DNA of 64,000 nt from Verrucomicrobiales bacterium. Its GTDB lineage: Bacteria; Verrucomicrobiota; Verrucomicrobiia; Limisphaerales; UBA11358. The notes beneath the pieces were generated by a model. It made no database searches. It was given only the letters and a program-made list of their open reading frames with translations, and was not told where the DNA came from. The position numbers were made by a program, and so were the translations under genes. Positions 47,168 through 56,615 of this stretch are shown piece by piece (position 1 is the stretch's first letter; each line of letters begins with the position of its first letter). The DNA is taken from contig JAQTQB010000012.1 of the NCBI GenBank assembly GCA_028712475.1, positions 8,029-72,028 on the forward strand. The letters are read 5' to 3'.

Positions 47168-48439
47168 ATGGCCACTGTTCAAGACATTGAAATTCCGGAT
47201 TCCGCCGCCCGCGCGGCTGCGGCGCTTGAAGATCTTCAGGACATGCAGGGCGAGAAAATGGTGCTGAACATGGGGCCGTCGCATCCGGCCACGCATGGCG
47301 TCTTGCGCATCGTGCTGGAGATGGATGGCGAATTGATCACGAAGGCCGAACCGGACGTGGGTTATCTGCATCGCGGCGACGAAAAAATCGCCGAGAACAT
47401 GACCTACACCCAGTTCATCCCTTACACGGACCGGCTGGATTACCTCGCGCCGCTGGCGAACAACGTCGCCTACGCGCTTGCCGTGGAAAAATTGCTCGGC
47501 ATCCACGACAAACTGCCGTTGCGCTGTCAATACATCCGGGTGATGTGCGCGGAACTGGCGCGTATTTCCTCGCATTTGCTCGGCCTCGGCGCATTCGCGA
47601 TGGACTTGGGCGCGGTCACAGTGTTCCTGTTGACGTTCACCGAGCGCGAAAAAATTTACAACCTGGCCGAATCATTGAGCGGCGCGCGGTTCACGACGAG
47701 TTACACACGAATCGGTGGTTTGTCGCGCGATCTGCCGCCGGGCTGGGCGGATCAATGCCGCAAGTTTCTTGAAGAAGTCGGCATCAACATCAACGAGGCC
47801 GAAACGCTGCTCACGCGCAATCGCATCTGGGTGGATCGCATCCGGGATCTGGCCGTGATTTCCAAGGCGGACGCGATTGATTATGGCTTGAGCGGCCCGA
47901 ATCTGCGCGGCAGCGGCATCGAATACGATTTGCGCAGAGCGCAACCATATCTCTGCTACAAGGATTTGGAATTCGACATTCCGGTTGGTGCGACAGGTGA
48001 TTGCTATGACCGCTACCTCGTCCGCATGGAGGAAATGCGCCAGAGCGTCCGCATCATCCATCAGTGCCTCGATAAAATTCCCGGTGGCGCGGACAACAAA
48101 TCCAAGGAGCCGATCAACGTGGACGATGGGAAAATCGTTTTGCCGCCAAAGGAAAAAGTCATGTCGAGCATGGAAGAATTGATCCATCAGTTCATGCTCG
48201 TGACCGAAGGCGTGAACTGTCCGCCTGGCGAAATTTATTTCGGCCACGAAAATCCGAAGGGCGAACTTGGCTTTTACATCCACAGCAAGGGCGGCGGCAC
48301 GCCGTATCGCATGAAAATCCGCTCACCCTCGTTCGTGAACTTGAGCATCATCCCGAAAATTTTCCCCGGCTGCATGTTGAGCGACACCGTGGCAATACTG
48401 GGTTCGCTCGACTTTGTAATGGGAGAATGCGACCGATGA
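47168..48439 (+). CDS. nuoD: NADH-quinone oxidoreductase subunit D
   Basis: MVLNMGPSHPATHGVLRIVLE and the C-terminal GSLDFVMGECDR. Confidence 0.95.
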   Translation: MATVQDIEIPDSAARAAAALEDLQDMQGEKMVLNMGPSHPATHGVLRIVLEMDGELITKAEPDVGYLHRGDEKIAENMTYTQFIPYTDRLDYLAPLANNVAYALAVEKLLGIHDKLPLRCQYIRVMCAELARISSHLLGLGAFAMDLGAVTVFLLTFTEREKIYNLAESLSGARFTTSYTRIGGLSRDLPPGWADQCRKFLEEVGININEAETLLTRNRIWVDRIRDLAVISKADAIDYGLSGPNLRGSGIEYDLRRAQPYLCYKDLEFDIPVGATGDCYDRYLVRMEEMRQSVRIIHQCLDKIPGGADNKSKEPINVDDGKIVLPPKEKVMSSMEELIHQFMLVTEGVNCPPGEIYFGHENPKGELGFYIHSKGGGTPYRMKIRSPSFVNLSIIPKIFPGCMLSDTVAILGSLDFVMGECDR

Positions 48440-48921
48440 ATTTTGCCGCCACCAAAGAACTTGAGGCCGAAGTTGACGAGCTGATCACGCATTATCCGGT
48501 GAAGCGCGCCGCGTCGCTCATGGTGCTGCACGCGATTCAGGAACAGTTCGGCTGGATATCGCAGGAAGCGGTTCAGTGGACGGCGAAGAAGCTGGAACTC
48601 CAGCCGATCAACGTTTTTGAAATCCTGACGTTCTATCCGATGCTTCGGCAGGAGCCGATGGGCAAGTATCAGATCAAGGTCTGCCGCACTTTGAGCTGCG
48701 CGCTTGGCGGTGCGTATGAATTGCGCGAACATTTTTGCAAGAAGTTCGGCCTGGACGCACACAAACACGGTGCGCAAACGACGCCGGACGGAAAGTTCAC
48801 GGTGGAATTCGTCGAGTGCCTCGCGAGCTGCGGCACTGCGCCGGTGATGATGGTAAATGATGATTTTTACGAAGGCGTTTCGCACGCCAAGGCGGATGAG
48901 ATCGTGGGGGAATGCCAATGA
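48427..48921 (+). CDS. nuoE: NADH-quinone oxidoreductase subunit E
   Basis: 2Fe-2S cysteines in KVCRTLSCALGG ... ECLASCGTAPVMMVND. Confidence 0.93.
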   Translation: MRPMNFAATKELEAEVDELITHYPVKRAASLMVLHAIQEQFGWISQEAVQWTAKKLELQPINVFEILTFYPMLRQEPMGKYQIKVCRTLSCALGGAYELREHFCKKFGLDAHKHGAQTTPDGKFTVEFVECLASCGTAPVMMVNDDFYEGVSHAKADEIVGECQ

Positions 48922-48923
48922 AA

Positions 48924-48997
48924 TGGTTGCCCGACGTGGATTTGAACCACGACAAACAGATTCAGAGTCTGCTGTGCTACCGTTACACCATCGGGCA
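48924..48997 (-). tRNA. tRNA-Gln (anticodon CUG), CCA encoded, antisense to the nuo operon
   Basis: The reverse complement folds by hand: acceptor TGCCCGA/TCGGGCA (U1:A72), anticodon arm GCAGA-CTCTGAA-TCTGT, T-arm CGTGG-TTCAAAT-CCACG, then A-CCA. 74 nt. Confidence 0.88.
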
Positions 48998-49046
48998 GAT
49001 GGGCTGATCAAACTAGAGAGTTTTGGTGGAGAGTCAAGTTGCTGAT

Positions 49047-50480
49047 ATGGCGCAAGAATACAAATTGATTTTGAAATATGCCGATGAACCGGGTTACACG
49101 CCGGACATCGAGTGCTATTTGCGTCATGGCGGCTACGACGTTTTGAAGAAGGCGCTCGCCCTCCAGCCCAGGGATTTGCCGGACGGCAAAAAACTTTCCG
49201 GGCCGGAACAAATCCGCGAGGACGTGAAAATTTCCGGCCTGCGCGGTCGTGGTGGTGCGGGCTTTTCCTGCGGCCTCAAGTGGAGTTTCGTGGATCGCAA
49301 GAGCGGCAAACCGATTTACCTGATCTGCAACGCGGACGAATCCGAGCCGGGCACGTTCAAGGATCGCCAGATCATGTATAAGGATCCGCACCAGTTGATC
49401 GAGGGCATGGCCATCTCGTGCTTCGCCAACGATGTGCATCTCGCCTACATCTACATCCGCGGCGAAATGGTGGACGGCGCAAAAATCCTGAACCGGGCGT
49501 TGAAAGAGGCCCGCGCCAAAGGGTTCCTCGGTAAAAACATTCTCGGTTCCGGCTATGATCTGGAGATGCATGTGCATCGCGGTGCCGGCGCTTACATCTG
49601 CGGCGAAGAAACCGGCCTGATAGAATCGCTCGAAGGCAAACGGCCTTACCCGCGCATCAAGCCGCCGTATTTTCCGGCCGTGCTCGGTCTGTGGATGTGC
49701 CCGACCATCGTCAACAACGTCGAGACGCTCTGCAACATCAAGCACATCGTCGCCATGGGCGGCGCGGAATTCGCGAAGCTCGGGACGCCGAACAATACCG
49801 GCACGCGCATCGTCAGCTTGAGCGGACACGTCAAGAGGCCGGGCTACTACGAGATTGAAACCGGCAAGGCGACGATTGGCGAACTCATCAGCGACCCGAA
49901 ATTTGGCGGCGGTTTGCGTGACGGAAGAAAATTGAAAGCCGTCATTCCCGGCGGCTCGTCCGCGAAAGTTTTCAAGGCGGGCGAGAAGTTCAAGCTCAAG
50001 AAAAAGGACGCCGAAGGCAAAGAAATCCTGGTCGAGACCGACATGCTTGACCTGCCTTACGATTTTGATTCGCTGGCCGCCGCCGGTTCGATGAGCGGTT
50101 CAAGCGCGATCATCGTGATGGACGACTCGACCGACATCGTCGAGGCGCTCGCGAACATCTCCGAATTTTACGCACACGAAAGCTGTGGCCAATGCACGCC
50201 GTGCCGCGAAGGCTCGCTCTGGATGAGCAAGACGCTGCATCGCCTGACGCACGGCGAAGGCCGCGCGCAGGACGCGGATTATCTCGTGAAGATCGCCGAC
50301 AACATTCCCGGCGGACGCACGATCTGCGCGTTTGGCGAAGCCTGTTCCTGGCCGGTGCAAAGTTTTGTGGCGAAGTTCAAGGACGAATTTGTCGCCAAAG
50401 GCGCCGCCGATGAAGCGCGCCGCGCGAAGGAAGTTGCCGCGCCTGTTGAACAACAAGCATTGGCCGCCGCGCATCACTGA
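49047..50480 (+). CDS. nuoF: NADH-quinone oxidoreductase subunit F
   Basis: GLRGRGGAGFSCGLKW (FMN/NADH site) and ESCGQCTPCREG (4Fe-4S). An alternative TTG start lies at 49023. Confidence 0.95.
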   Translation: MAQEYKLILKYADEPGYTPDIECYLRHGGYDVLKKALALQPRDLPDGKKLSGPEQIREDVKISGLRGRGGAGFSCGLKWSFVDRKSGKPIYLICNADESEPGTFKDRQIMYKDPHQLIEGMAISCFANDVHLAYIYIRGEMVDGAKILNRALKEARAKGFLGKNILGSGYDLEMHVHRGAGAYICGEETGLIESLEGKRPYPRIKPPYFPAVLGLWMCPTIVNNVETLCNIKHIVAMGGAEFAKLGTPNNTGTRIVSLSGHVKRPGYYEIETGKATIGELISDPKFGGGLRDGRKLKAVIPGGSSAKVFKAGEKFKLKKKDAEGKEILVETDMLDLPYDFDSLAAAGSMSGSSAIIVMDDSTDIVEALANISEFYAHESCGQCTPCREGSLWMSKTLHRLTHGEGRAQDADYLVKIADNIPGGRTICAFGEACSWPVQSFVAKFKDEFVAKGAADEARRAKEVAAPVEQQALAAAHH

Positions 50481-50485
50481 TTTCA

Positions 50486-52171
50486 ATGTCAACCGCCGCC
50501 ACAACTGAAACGAAGCCCGCGCCGACCGCGATTGAAAAAATCAAGGTCAAGGTGGACGGGCGCGAAATCGAAGTGCCGCGCCTCATCGCGGACTGGTCGG
50601 GCAAGCTCACGCCCACGACGATGATCCAGGCGTGCGAGCTGGCCAAGACCGAGGTGCCGCATTACTGCTATCATCCGAAGCTGCCGGTCGTCGGCAACTG
50701 CCGCATGTGTCTCGTGGAATATGGCATGCCCGCGCTCGGCCCGGATCGCAAGCCGGTTTTGAATTCCGACGGCACACCGAAGATCGCCAAGATGCCGCGT
50801 CCGGCAATTTCCTGCGCCACGCCGATTTCGCCCGGCATGGAAATTTACACGACGACGCCCGCCGTGAAGCAGATGCGCGAAGGCGTCCTGGAATCGCTGC
50901 TCATCAATCATCCGCTCGACTGCCCGATTTGCGACCAGGCCGGTGAATGCAAGCTGCAGGAATACTCCGTGGATTACGGCCAGAGCGCGAGCCGTTTTGT
51001 TGAAACGAAGGTTCACAAGCCGAAGGCCGTTGATCTCGGACCGCGTATCATGCTCGACGCGGAACGCTGCATTCTTTGCACGCGCTGCATCCGGTTCACG
51101 AAGGACATCGCCGGCGACGATGCGCTTGGCATCATCAATCGCGGCAGCTACAATACGATTGCCACTTTTCCGGGAATGCCATTCGACAATAATTACACGT
51201 TGAACACCGTGGACATTTGTCCGGTTGGCGCACTCACGTCCAAAGATTTCCGCTTCAAGATGCGCGTCTGGTTTCTCAAGGAAACTAAGAGCGTTTGCAC
51301 GAGTTGCGCGACGGGCTGCAATGTGCTCATCGGTTCGCGCGAAGATAAAATCCAGCGCTACACGCCGCGCGAAAACGACGCCGTCAACGGTCCGTGGATG
51401 TGCGATGCCGGGCGTTTGAATTACAAATGGATCGGCCGTGATGACCGTTTGAAAGACGTTTTGGTGCGCGGACAAAAGACAACTTGGACGGCGGCGCTGA
51501 ATGAAATTTCCGACAAGCTGAAGAAATCCCAGGCTGGTTCCGTCGCTATTGTCGCCTCGGCGCGCCAGACAAACGAGGAGCTTTGGCTGATTTCTAAGCT
51601 GAAATCCAAGCTTGGCGCCATCAGCGATTCCGTCGCGCGCGTAGGCGAAAGCGACAAACTGCTCGTCAGCGCAGACAAGAATCCGAACACGAACGGCGCG
51701 CGGCTCACGGGAATTTGCTTCAGCGAGATCGGCACCAGCCTGCCGCAGATCGCGAACGGGATTGCGAGCGGCAAAATCAAGACGCTGATTGTTTTCGGCG
51801 AGGATGTGACCAAGCACGGCATCGGCGCGGATCTGCTTGGCAAACTGGACAACCTGATCGTCAGCGACATTTTGCCCAACGCGACCACGAAACTGGCGCA
51901 TTACATTTTGCCTGGTTGCGCGCATGCGGAAAAGCGCGGCTCGTTCACGAACACCAAAGGCCGCGTCCAGAAATTCATGAAGGCGGTCGAAGCCCCGGGC
52001 GACGCACGCGCCGAGTGGGAATTTTTGCATGACCTGGTTTTCAACGTCACCGGCCAGGACGGTTTTGTGACGATTGAAGGCCTGTTCAACGCGATGGCGG
52101 CGGATGTTTCCGCATTCAACGGTTTGACTTGGGCGACACTCGGCGACACCGGCGTGACGGTGAAAATCTAA
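50486..52171 (+). CDS. nuoG: NADH-quinone oxidoreductase subunit G (short form, 561 aa)
   Basis: CYHPKLPVVGNCRMCLVE, HPLDCPICDQAGECKLQ, CILCTRCIRF and CPVGALT. Confidence 0.93.
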   Translation: MSTAATTETKPAPTAIEKIKVKVDGREIEVPRLIADWSGKLTPTTMIQACELAKTEVPHYCYHPKLPVVGNCRMCLVEYGMPALGPDRKPVLNSDGTPKIAKMPRPAISCATPISPGMEIYTTTPAVKQMREGVLESLLINHPLDCPICDQAGECKLQEYSVDYGQSASRFVETKVHKPKAVDLGPRIMLDAERCILCTRCIRFTKDIAGDDALGIINRGSYNTIATFPGMPFDNNYTLNTVDICPVGALTSKDFRFKMRVWFLKETKSVCTSCATGCNVLIGSREDKIQRYTPRENDAVNGPWMCDAGRLNYKWIGRDDRLKDVLVRGQKTTWTAALNEISDKLKKSQAGSVAIVASARQTNEELWLISKLKSKLGAISDSVARVGESDKLLVSADKNPNTNGARLTGICFSEIGTSLPQIANGIASGKIKTLIVFGEDVTKHGIGADLLGKLDNLIVSDILPNATTKLAHYILPGCAHAEKRGSFTNTKGRVQKFMKAVEAPGDARAEWEFLHDLVFNVTGQDGFVTIEGLFNAMAADVSAFNGLTWATLGDTGVTVKI

Positions 52172-52172
52172 C

Positions 52173-53234
52173 ATGGACTGGAATTTCATCATCTTCAGCG
52201 TGGTTAAGATCGCCGTCGTCATCGGTGTGGTGCAGGGCATGGTCTCCTACACCGTGCTGGCCGAACGCAAGATTTCGGCGTGGATCCAGGATCGCACCGG
52301 CCCGAACCGGACCACGCCGCCGTTCGTCAAAGACATTCCTGTCATCGGCCCGTTTCTGATCCGGCTCGGAGTTTTTCAGCCGCTGGCCGATGGTCTGAAG
52401 TTCATGTTCAAGGAAGATTTCACGCCGGCGGGCGTGCGGAAGATTTATTTCTTTCTGGCCCCGGCGATTGCCGTCATTCCTGCGATGTTGACGGTGGCGG
52501 TGATTCCGTTCGGCTCGACGCTCGGCGCGCAGAAAATGGTGATCGCGGATTTGAACGTCGGCATTCTCTACACGTTCGGCATCGTGTCGCTCGGCGTTTA
52601 TGGCATCGTGCTGGCGGGCTACGCGGCGAATTCAAAATTCCCGTTCCTCGGCGGCATCCGTTCCAGCGCGCAGATGATCTCGTATGAAATCTCGATGGGC
52701 TTGAGCGTCATCCCGGTGCTGCTCATCGTGGGCAATTTGAACCTGGGCGAAATCATCAGATGGCAGGCCACCAATGGCTGGCTGATCATTTACGCGCCGG
52801 TGGCCTTCATCATTTTCCTGGTCGCCTCGTTCGCGGAAACGAACCGGTTGCCATTCGATCTGCCGGAAGCGGAAACGGAGCTCGTCGGCGGCTACCACAC
52901 CGAATACGGCTCGATGAAATTCGCGCTGTTTTTCCTCGGTGAATACTCCAACATGGTCGCGTCGGCGGGCATGATGGTGACGCTGTTTTTCGGCGGCTGG
53001 ACGCTGCCGTTCTGGGGCCTGGATCACGCGGCAGGAACGCTGGCCAGCGGCATCGCGCACATCCTGATTTTCCTGCTCAAGATGGGCGTGTTCATCGTGC
53101 TGTTCATCTGGGTGCGCTGGATGTTCCCGCGTTTCCGCTACGATCAATTGATGGACCTGGGCTGGCGACGTTTCTTGCCGCTCGCGTTGGTGAATATTCT
53201 GGTCACGGCAATAATTTTGTGGATGAGGGCTTAA
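52173..53234 (+). CDS. nuoH: NADH-quinone oxidoreductase subunit H
   Basis: LAERKISAWIQDRTGPNR and ETNRLPFDLPEAETELVGGYHTEY. Confidence 0.95.
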   Translation: MDWNFIIFSVVKIAVVIGVVQGMVSYTVLAERKISAWIQDRTGPNRTTPPFVKDIPVIGPFLIRLGVFQPLADGLKFMFKEDFTPAGVRKIYFFLAPAIAVIPAMLTVAVIPFGSTLGAQKMVIADLNVGILYTFGIVSLGVYGIVLAGYAANSKFPFLGGIRSSAQMISYEISMGLSVIPVLLIVGNLNLGEIIRWQATNGWLIIYAPVAFIIFLVASFAETNRLPFDLPEAETELVGGYHTEYGSMKFALFFLGEYSNMVASAGMMVTLFFGGWTLPFWGLDHAAGTLASGIAHILIFLLKMGVFIVLFIWVRWMFPRFRYDQLMDLGWRRFLPLALVNILVTAIILWMRA

Positions 53235-53792
53235 ATGATTGTTAATCGCAAACCATTGACGTTTTGGGAAAGGCTTTATCTGCCCGCGATAGTTGGCGGA
53301 TTCAAGGTCACGCTCAAGCACGCTTACGCCACGCTCTTTCAGGGCAAGGTCGTGACGATGGAATATCCCGAACAGAAATGGGCCGTGCCGCCGGATTATC
53401 GCGGCGCGCCTTATCTGGTGAAGGATCAGGAAGGCAACACCAAGTGCGTGAGCTGCCAGTTGTGTGAATTCGTCTGTCCGCCGAAAGCCATCCGCATCAC
53501 ACCGCCCGGTCCGACTGGCAAGCAGGCTGATCGCACCAACGCGGAAAAGATGCCGGCAGAGTTCGAGATCAACATGCTCCGCTGCATCTATTGCGGATTT
53601 TGCCAGGAAGTCTGCCCGGAAGAGGCGATCTTTTTGCAGAAGGATTATTCGCTGGTCGGCAGCAGCCGCGAGGAGATGATTTACAACAAGGAAAAACTGC
53701 TCGCGCTCGGCGGCGTCAGCCCCGGCATTCAGAAGTGGAAACTGAAACTGGAAGAAGCGAAGGCGCAGGAAAGCTTTCCGGTCAAACTCTGA
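53235..53792 (+). CDS. nuoI: NADH-quinone oxidoreductase subunit I
   Basis: Two 4Fe-4S motifs: CVSCQLCEFVCP and CIYCGFCQEVCP. Confidence 0.95.
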   Translation: MIVNRKPLTFWERLYLPAIVGGFKVTLKHAYATLFQGKVVTMEYPEQKWAVPPDYRGAPYLVKDQEGNTKCVSCQLCEFVCPPKAIRITPPGPTGKQADRTNAEKMPAEFEINMLRCIYCGFCQEVCPEEAIFLQKDYSLVGSSREEMIYNKEKLLALGGVSPGIQKWKLKLEEAKAQESFPVKL

Positions 53793-53794
53793 AA

Positions 53795-54331
53795 ATGGAA
53801 AACTTCCAAAATTTAATCAGCGAAACGATGCTGCCGGACATGATGTTTTATGTCTTCGCAGCGCTGACGCTGCTGTTCGGCGTCCTCGTTGTGGCAAATC
53901 CATTCAGCCGCAACCCGGTCACGAGTGCGATGTTTCTCGTGCTCACCATAATTTCGATGGCGGGATTGTTTGTGCTGCTACACGCGTTCTTCCTCGCAGC
54001 GGTGCAGGTCATCGTCTATGCCGGCGCGGTCATGGTGCTCTTCTTGTTCGTGATCATGTTGCTGGACTTGAAAGAGGAGCAGCATCGCAAGATCAAAATG
54101 GTGGCCATCATCGCCGGATTACTTTCGGTCGGAACGATCGTTGCCATCTTTTTGAAAAGTTTGCATGCGACTAACCTCAACGCGCACGCGTCACCCGTTA
54201 CCGAAGGCGACACCGCGCTGCTCGGCAAGCTGTTGTTCAGCCAATACGTCTTGCCGTTTGAAGTCGTCTCCGTGTTGCTGCTGGTGGCGATGGTGGGCGT
54301 GATTCTATTGAGCAAAAAGAACCTGAAATAA
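53795..54331 (+). CDS. nuoJ: NADH-quinone oxidoreductase subunit J
   Basis: Hydrophobic 178-aa protein in the J position. The start is set at the ATG after the nuoI stop (MENFQNLI...). Confidence 0.85.
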   Translation: MENFQNLISETMLPDMMFYVFAALTLLFGVLVVANPFSRNPVTSAMFLVLTIISMAGLFVLLHAFFLAAVQVIVYAGAVMVLFLFVIMLLDLKEEQHRKIKMVAIIAGLLSVGTIVAIFLKSLHATNLNAHASPVTEGDTALLGKLLFSQYVLPFEVVSVLLLVAMVGVILLSKKNLK

Positions 54332-54332
54332 T

Positions 54333-54638
54333 ATGCACGTCGGACTCGAACAATATCTGACCGTCAGCTTCCTGCTGTTCGCGCTGGGCCTGCTCGGCGT
54401 CATCATGCGGCGCAACCTGCTCGTGATCTACATGTCGCTCGAGCTGATGCTCAATGCGGCGAATCTCGCGCTCGTCTCTTTTTCGCGGTTCAACGACAAC
54501 CTGAACGGCCAGATTCTGGTGTTCTTCATCATCACGGTGGCGGCGGCGGAAGTTTCGGTCGGCCTCGCGCTGATCGTGGCGCTGTATCGCCGGCGCCAGT
54601 CCGCCCATGTTGAAGACCTGACCACGATGAAACTCTGA
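54333..54638 (+). CDS. nuoK: NADH-quinone oxidoreductase subunit K
   Basis: 101 aa, three TM helices, LELMLNAANLALVSFS...AAAEVSVGLALIV. Confidence 0.92.
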   Translation: MHVGLEQYLTVSFLLFALGLLGVIMRRNLLVIYMSLELMLNAANLALVSFSRFNDNLNGQILVFFIITVAAAEVSVGLALIVALYRRRQSAHVEDLTTMKL

Positions 54639-54647
54639 AGCCATGAA

Positions 54648-54743
54648 GAAACATTCAACATTCAACCTCCAACCTCCAACGCCGAACTTTCGGCGCGTAG
54701 CGGCATTGAGGGTTGGGTGTTCAATGTTGAATGTTGAATGTTT
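54648..54743. repeat. family D heptamer-periodic palindromic element between nuoK and nuoL
   Basis: aacattcaacattcaacctccaacctccaacgcc ... ggcattgagggttgggtgttcaatgttgaatgttgaatgtt. Sister copy at 29042-29144. Confidence 0.8.
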
Positions 54744-54749
54744 CCGGTG

Positions 54750-56615
54750 ATGAAATACGAAATTCTACCTTGGATAATCTTGTTCCTGCCGCTGCTTGCA
54801 ACGGCGGTCATCACGCTGTTCACGTTGCGCTGCCGCACGAAGAGCAGCCTCATTTCCATCAGCGCGGTCGTCACGGGCTTCGTTCTCACAATCGTTTTTA
54901 TCGCGGTCAACGGATGGCATCCAGTGGCCAGTGAAACCGCCGTCAACTGGCTTTCCATCGGCGACCTGCACGCGGACTTCGGGCTGAAACTCGACGCCTT
55001 GAGCATGATGATGATGCTCATCGTCACCGGCGTCGGCGGCGCGATCCACATCTATTCTTACAGCTACATGGACGAGGACGCTGGCAAGGCGCGTTTTTTC
55101 GCGTTCATGAGCCTGTTCACGTTCTCCATGCTCGGCATTGTCATGTCGAACAATTTTCTGATGATGTTCATCTTCTGGGAGCTTGTCGGCGTATCCAGCT
55201 ATCTGCTCATCGGTTTCTGGTTTGAGAAACCCAGCGCCGGCGACGCAGCGAAAAAGGCCTTCATCACGAATCGCCTCGGCGACTTTGGATTTCTGCTCGG
55301 CATCCTGATGGTTTGGGGGATTCTCGGCTCCTTGAATTTCTCCACGCTCCAAAGTTCCATCGTCGCCAATCCTGCCGCACTCGGAACGATGGCAACCATC
55401 GCCGGCCTTCTGGTTTTCTGCGGTGCGATGGGCAAATCCGCGCAATTTCCGCTGCACGTCTGGTTGCCGGACGCGATGGAAGGTCCGACTCCAGTTTCTG
55501 CTTTGATTCACGCGGCAACAATGGTTGCGGCGGGTGTTTATATGCTTTGCCGGACGCTATTCCTTTTCAACGCTGACGCGCTGCACGTCATCGCCTATAT
55601 TGGCGGCTTCACCGCGCTGCTCGCGGCGCTCATGGCCGTCCAGCAAAACGACATCAAACGCATCATCGCCTACTCGACACTTTCGCAACTCGGCTACATG
55701 GTCATGGCGGTCGGTTTGAACGGCCCGACGCCGGCGATGTTCCACCTGACCACGCACGCGTTTTTCAAGGCGTTGCTGTTCTTAAGCGCCGGTTCGGTCA
55801 TCATCGGGATGCATCACGAGCAGGACATCTGGCAGATGGGCAACCTGCGCAAGAAAATGCCCCTCACCTTCTGGACGTTCCTGATCGGCGCGCTGGCCTT
55901 GAGCGGTATTCCGCCGTTCAGCGGCTTCTATTCAAAGGATTCGATTCTCGCGCAGTGCTTGGAAGAGAAAAATTATCTGCTCTTCGGCGTCGCGGTTTTC
56001 GTCGCCGGGTTGACCGCGTTTTACACGTTCCGTTTGTTCTTTGTCGTTTTCTTCGGCAAGGAAAAATCCGATTACGCCAAGCACGCGCACGAATCGCCGC
56101 TGGTGATGACGCTGCCGCTCGTGGCCCTGGCGGTGTTCGCGGCCATCGGCGGTTTCATCGGCATCGCGAACAACTACGGTTCGCAGTTCGTTGCTGAACA
56201 TGAAACCCTTTCCCTCGCGCAACAGGTTTTGGAGCCGCTGCACGCGCCGGTTGCGATGCTGATCGGCATCGGCGTTGCGCTGGCCGGCATCTTTCTGGCT
56301 TTCTCGCTCTACAAAAATGCCGGCACGGATCCGCTGCCCGCGAAACTGGGCGGGCTGGCGACGGCGATGAAGAACAAATTTTACCTCGATGAGATTTACG
56401 AAGCCACGGTCATCCGCCTGCACGATTTGATTGCGACAATTTGCGATATGATTGACCGCTGGATTGTGGAGGGCGCGTGCATCGGGTTCGTGCGCGGGGG
56501 AACGGATCTGACCGGACGCGCGCTGCGCCTGGTCCAGACCGGCAATCTCCAGACCTACGCATTCCTGTTCGTGCTGGGCGTGGCGCTGGTGCTGTATTTC
56601 GTTTTGGGAAAATAA
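54750..56615 (+). CDS. nuoL: NADH-quinone oxidoreductase subunit L
   Basis: Antiporter-like subunit with MLIVTGVGGAIHIYSYSYM, WELVGVSSYLLIGFW and SAQFPLHVWLPDAMEGPTPVSALIHAATMV. The ATG at 54738 is possible but lies inside the repeat. Confidence 0.93.
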   Translation: MKYEILPWIILFLPLLATAVITLFTLRCRTKSSLISISAVVTGFVLTIVFIAVNGWHPVASETAVNWLSIGDLHADFGLKLDALSMMMMLIVTGVGGAIHIYSYSYMDEDAGKARFFAFMSLFTFSMLGIVMSNNFLMMFIFWELVGVSSYLLIGFWFEKPSAGDAAKKAFITNRLGDFGFLLGILMVWGILGSLNFSTLQSSIVANPAALGTMATIAGLLVFCGAMGKSAQFPLHVWLPDAMEGPTPVSALIHAATMVAAGVYMLCRTLFLFNADALHVIAYIGGFTALLAALMAVQQNDIKRIIAYSTLSQLGYMVMAVGLNGPTPAMFHLTTHAFFKALLFLSAGSVIIGMHHEQDIWQMGNLRKKMPLTFWTFLIGALALSGIPPFSGFYSKDSILAQCLEEKNYLLFGVAVFVAGLTAFYTFRLFFVVFFGKEKSDYAKHAHESPLVMTLPLVALAVFAAIGGFIGIANNYGSQFVAEHETLSLAQQVLEPLHAPVAMLIGIGVALAGIFLAFSLYKNAGTDPLPAKLGGLATAMKNKFYLDEIYEATVIRLHDLIATICDMIDRWIVEGACIGFVRGGTDLTGRALRLVQTGNLQTYAFLFVLGVALVLYFVLGK

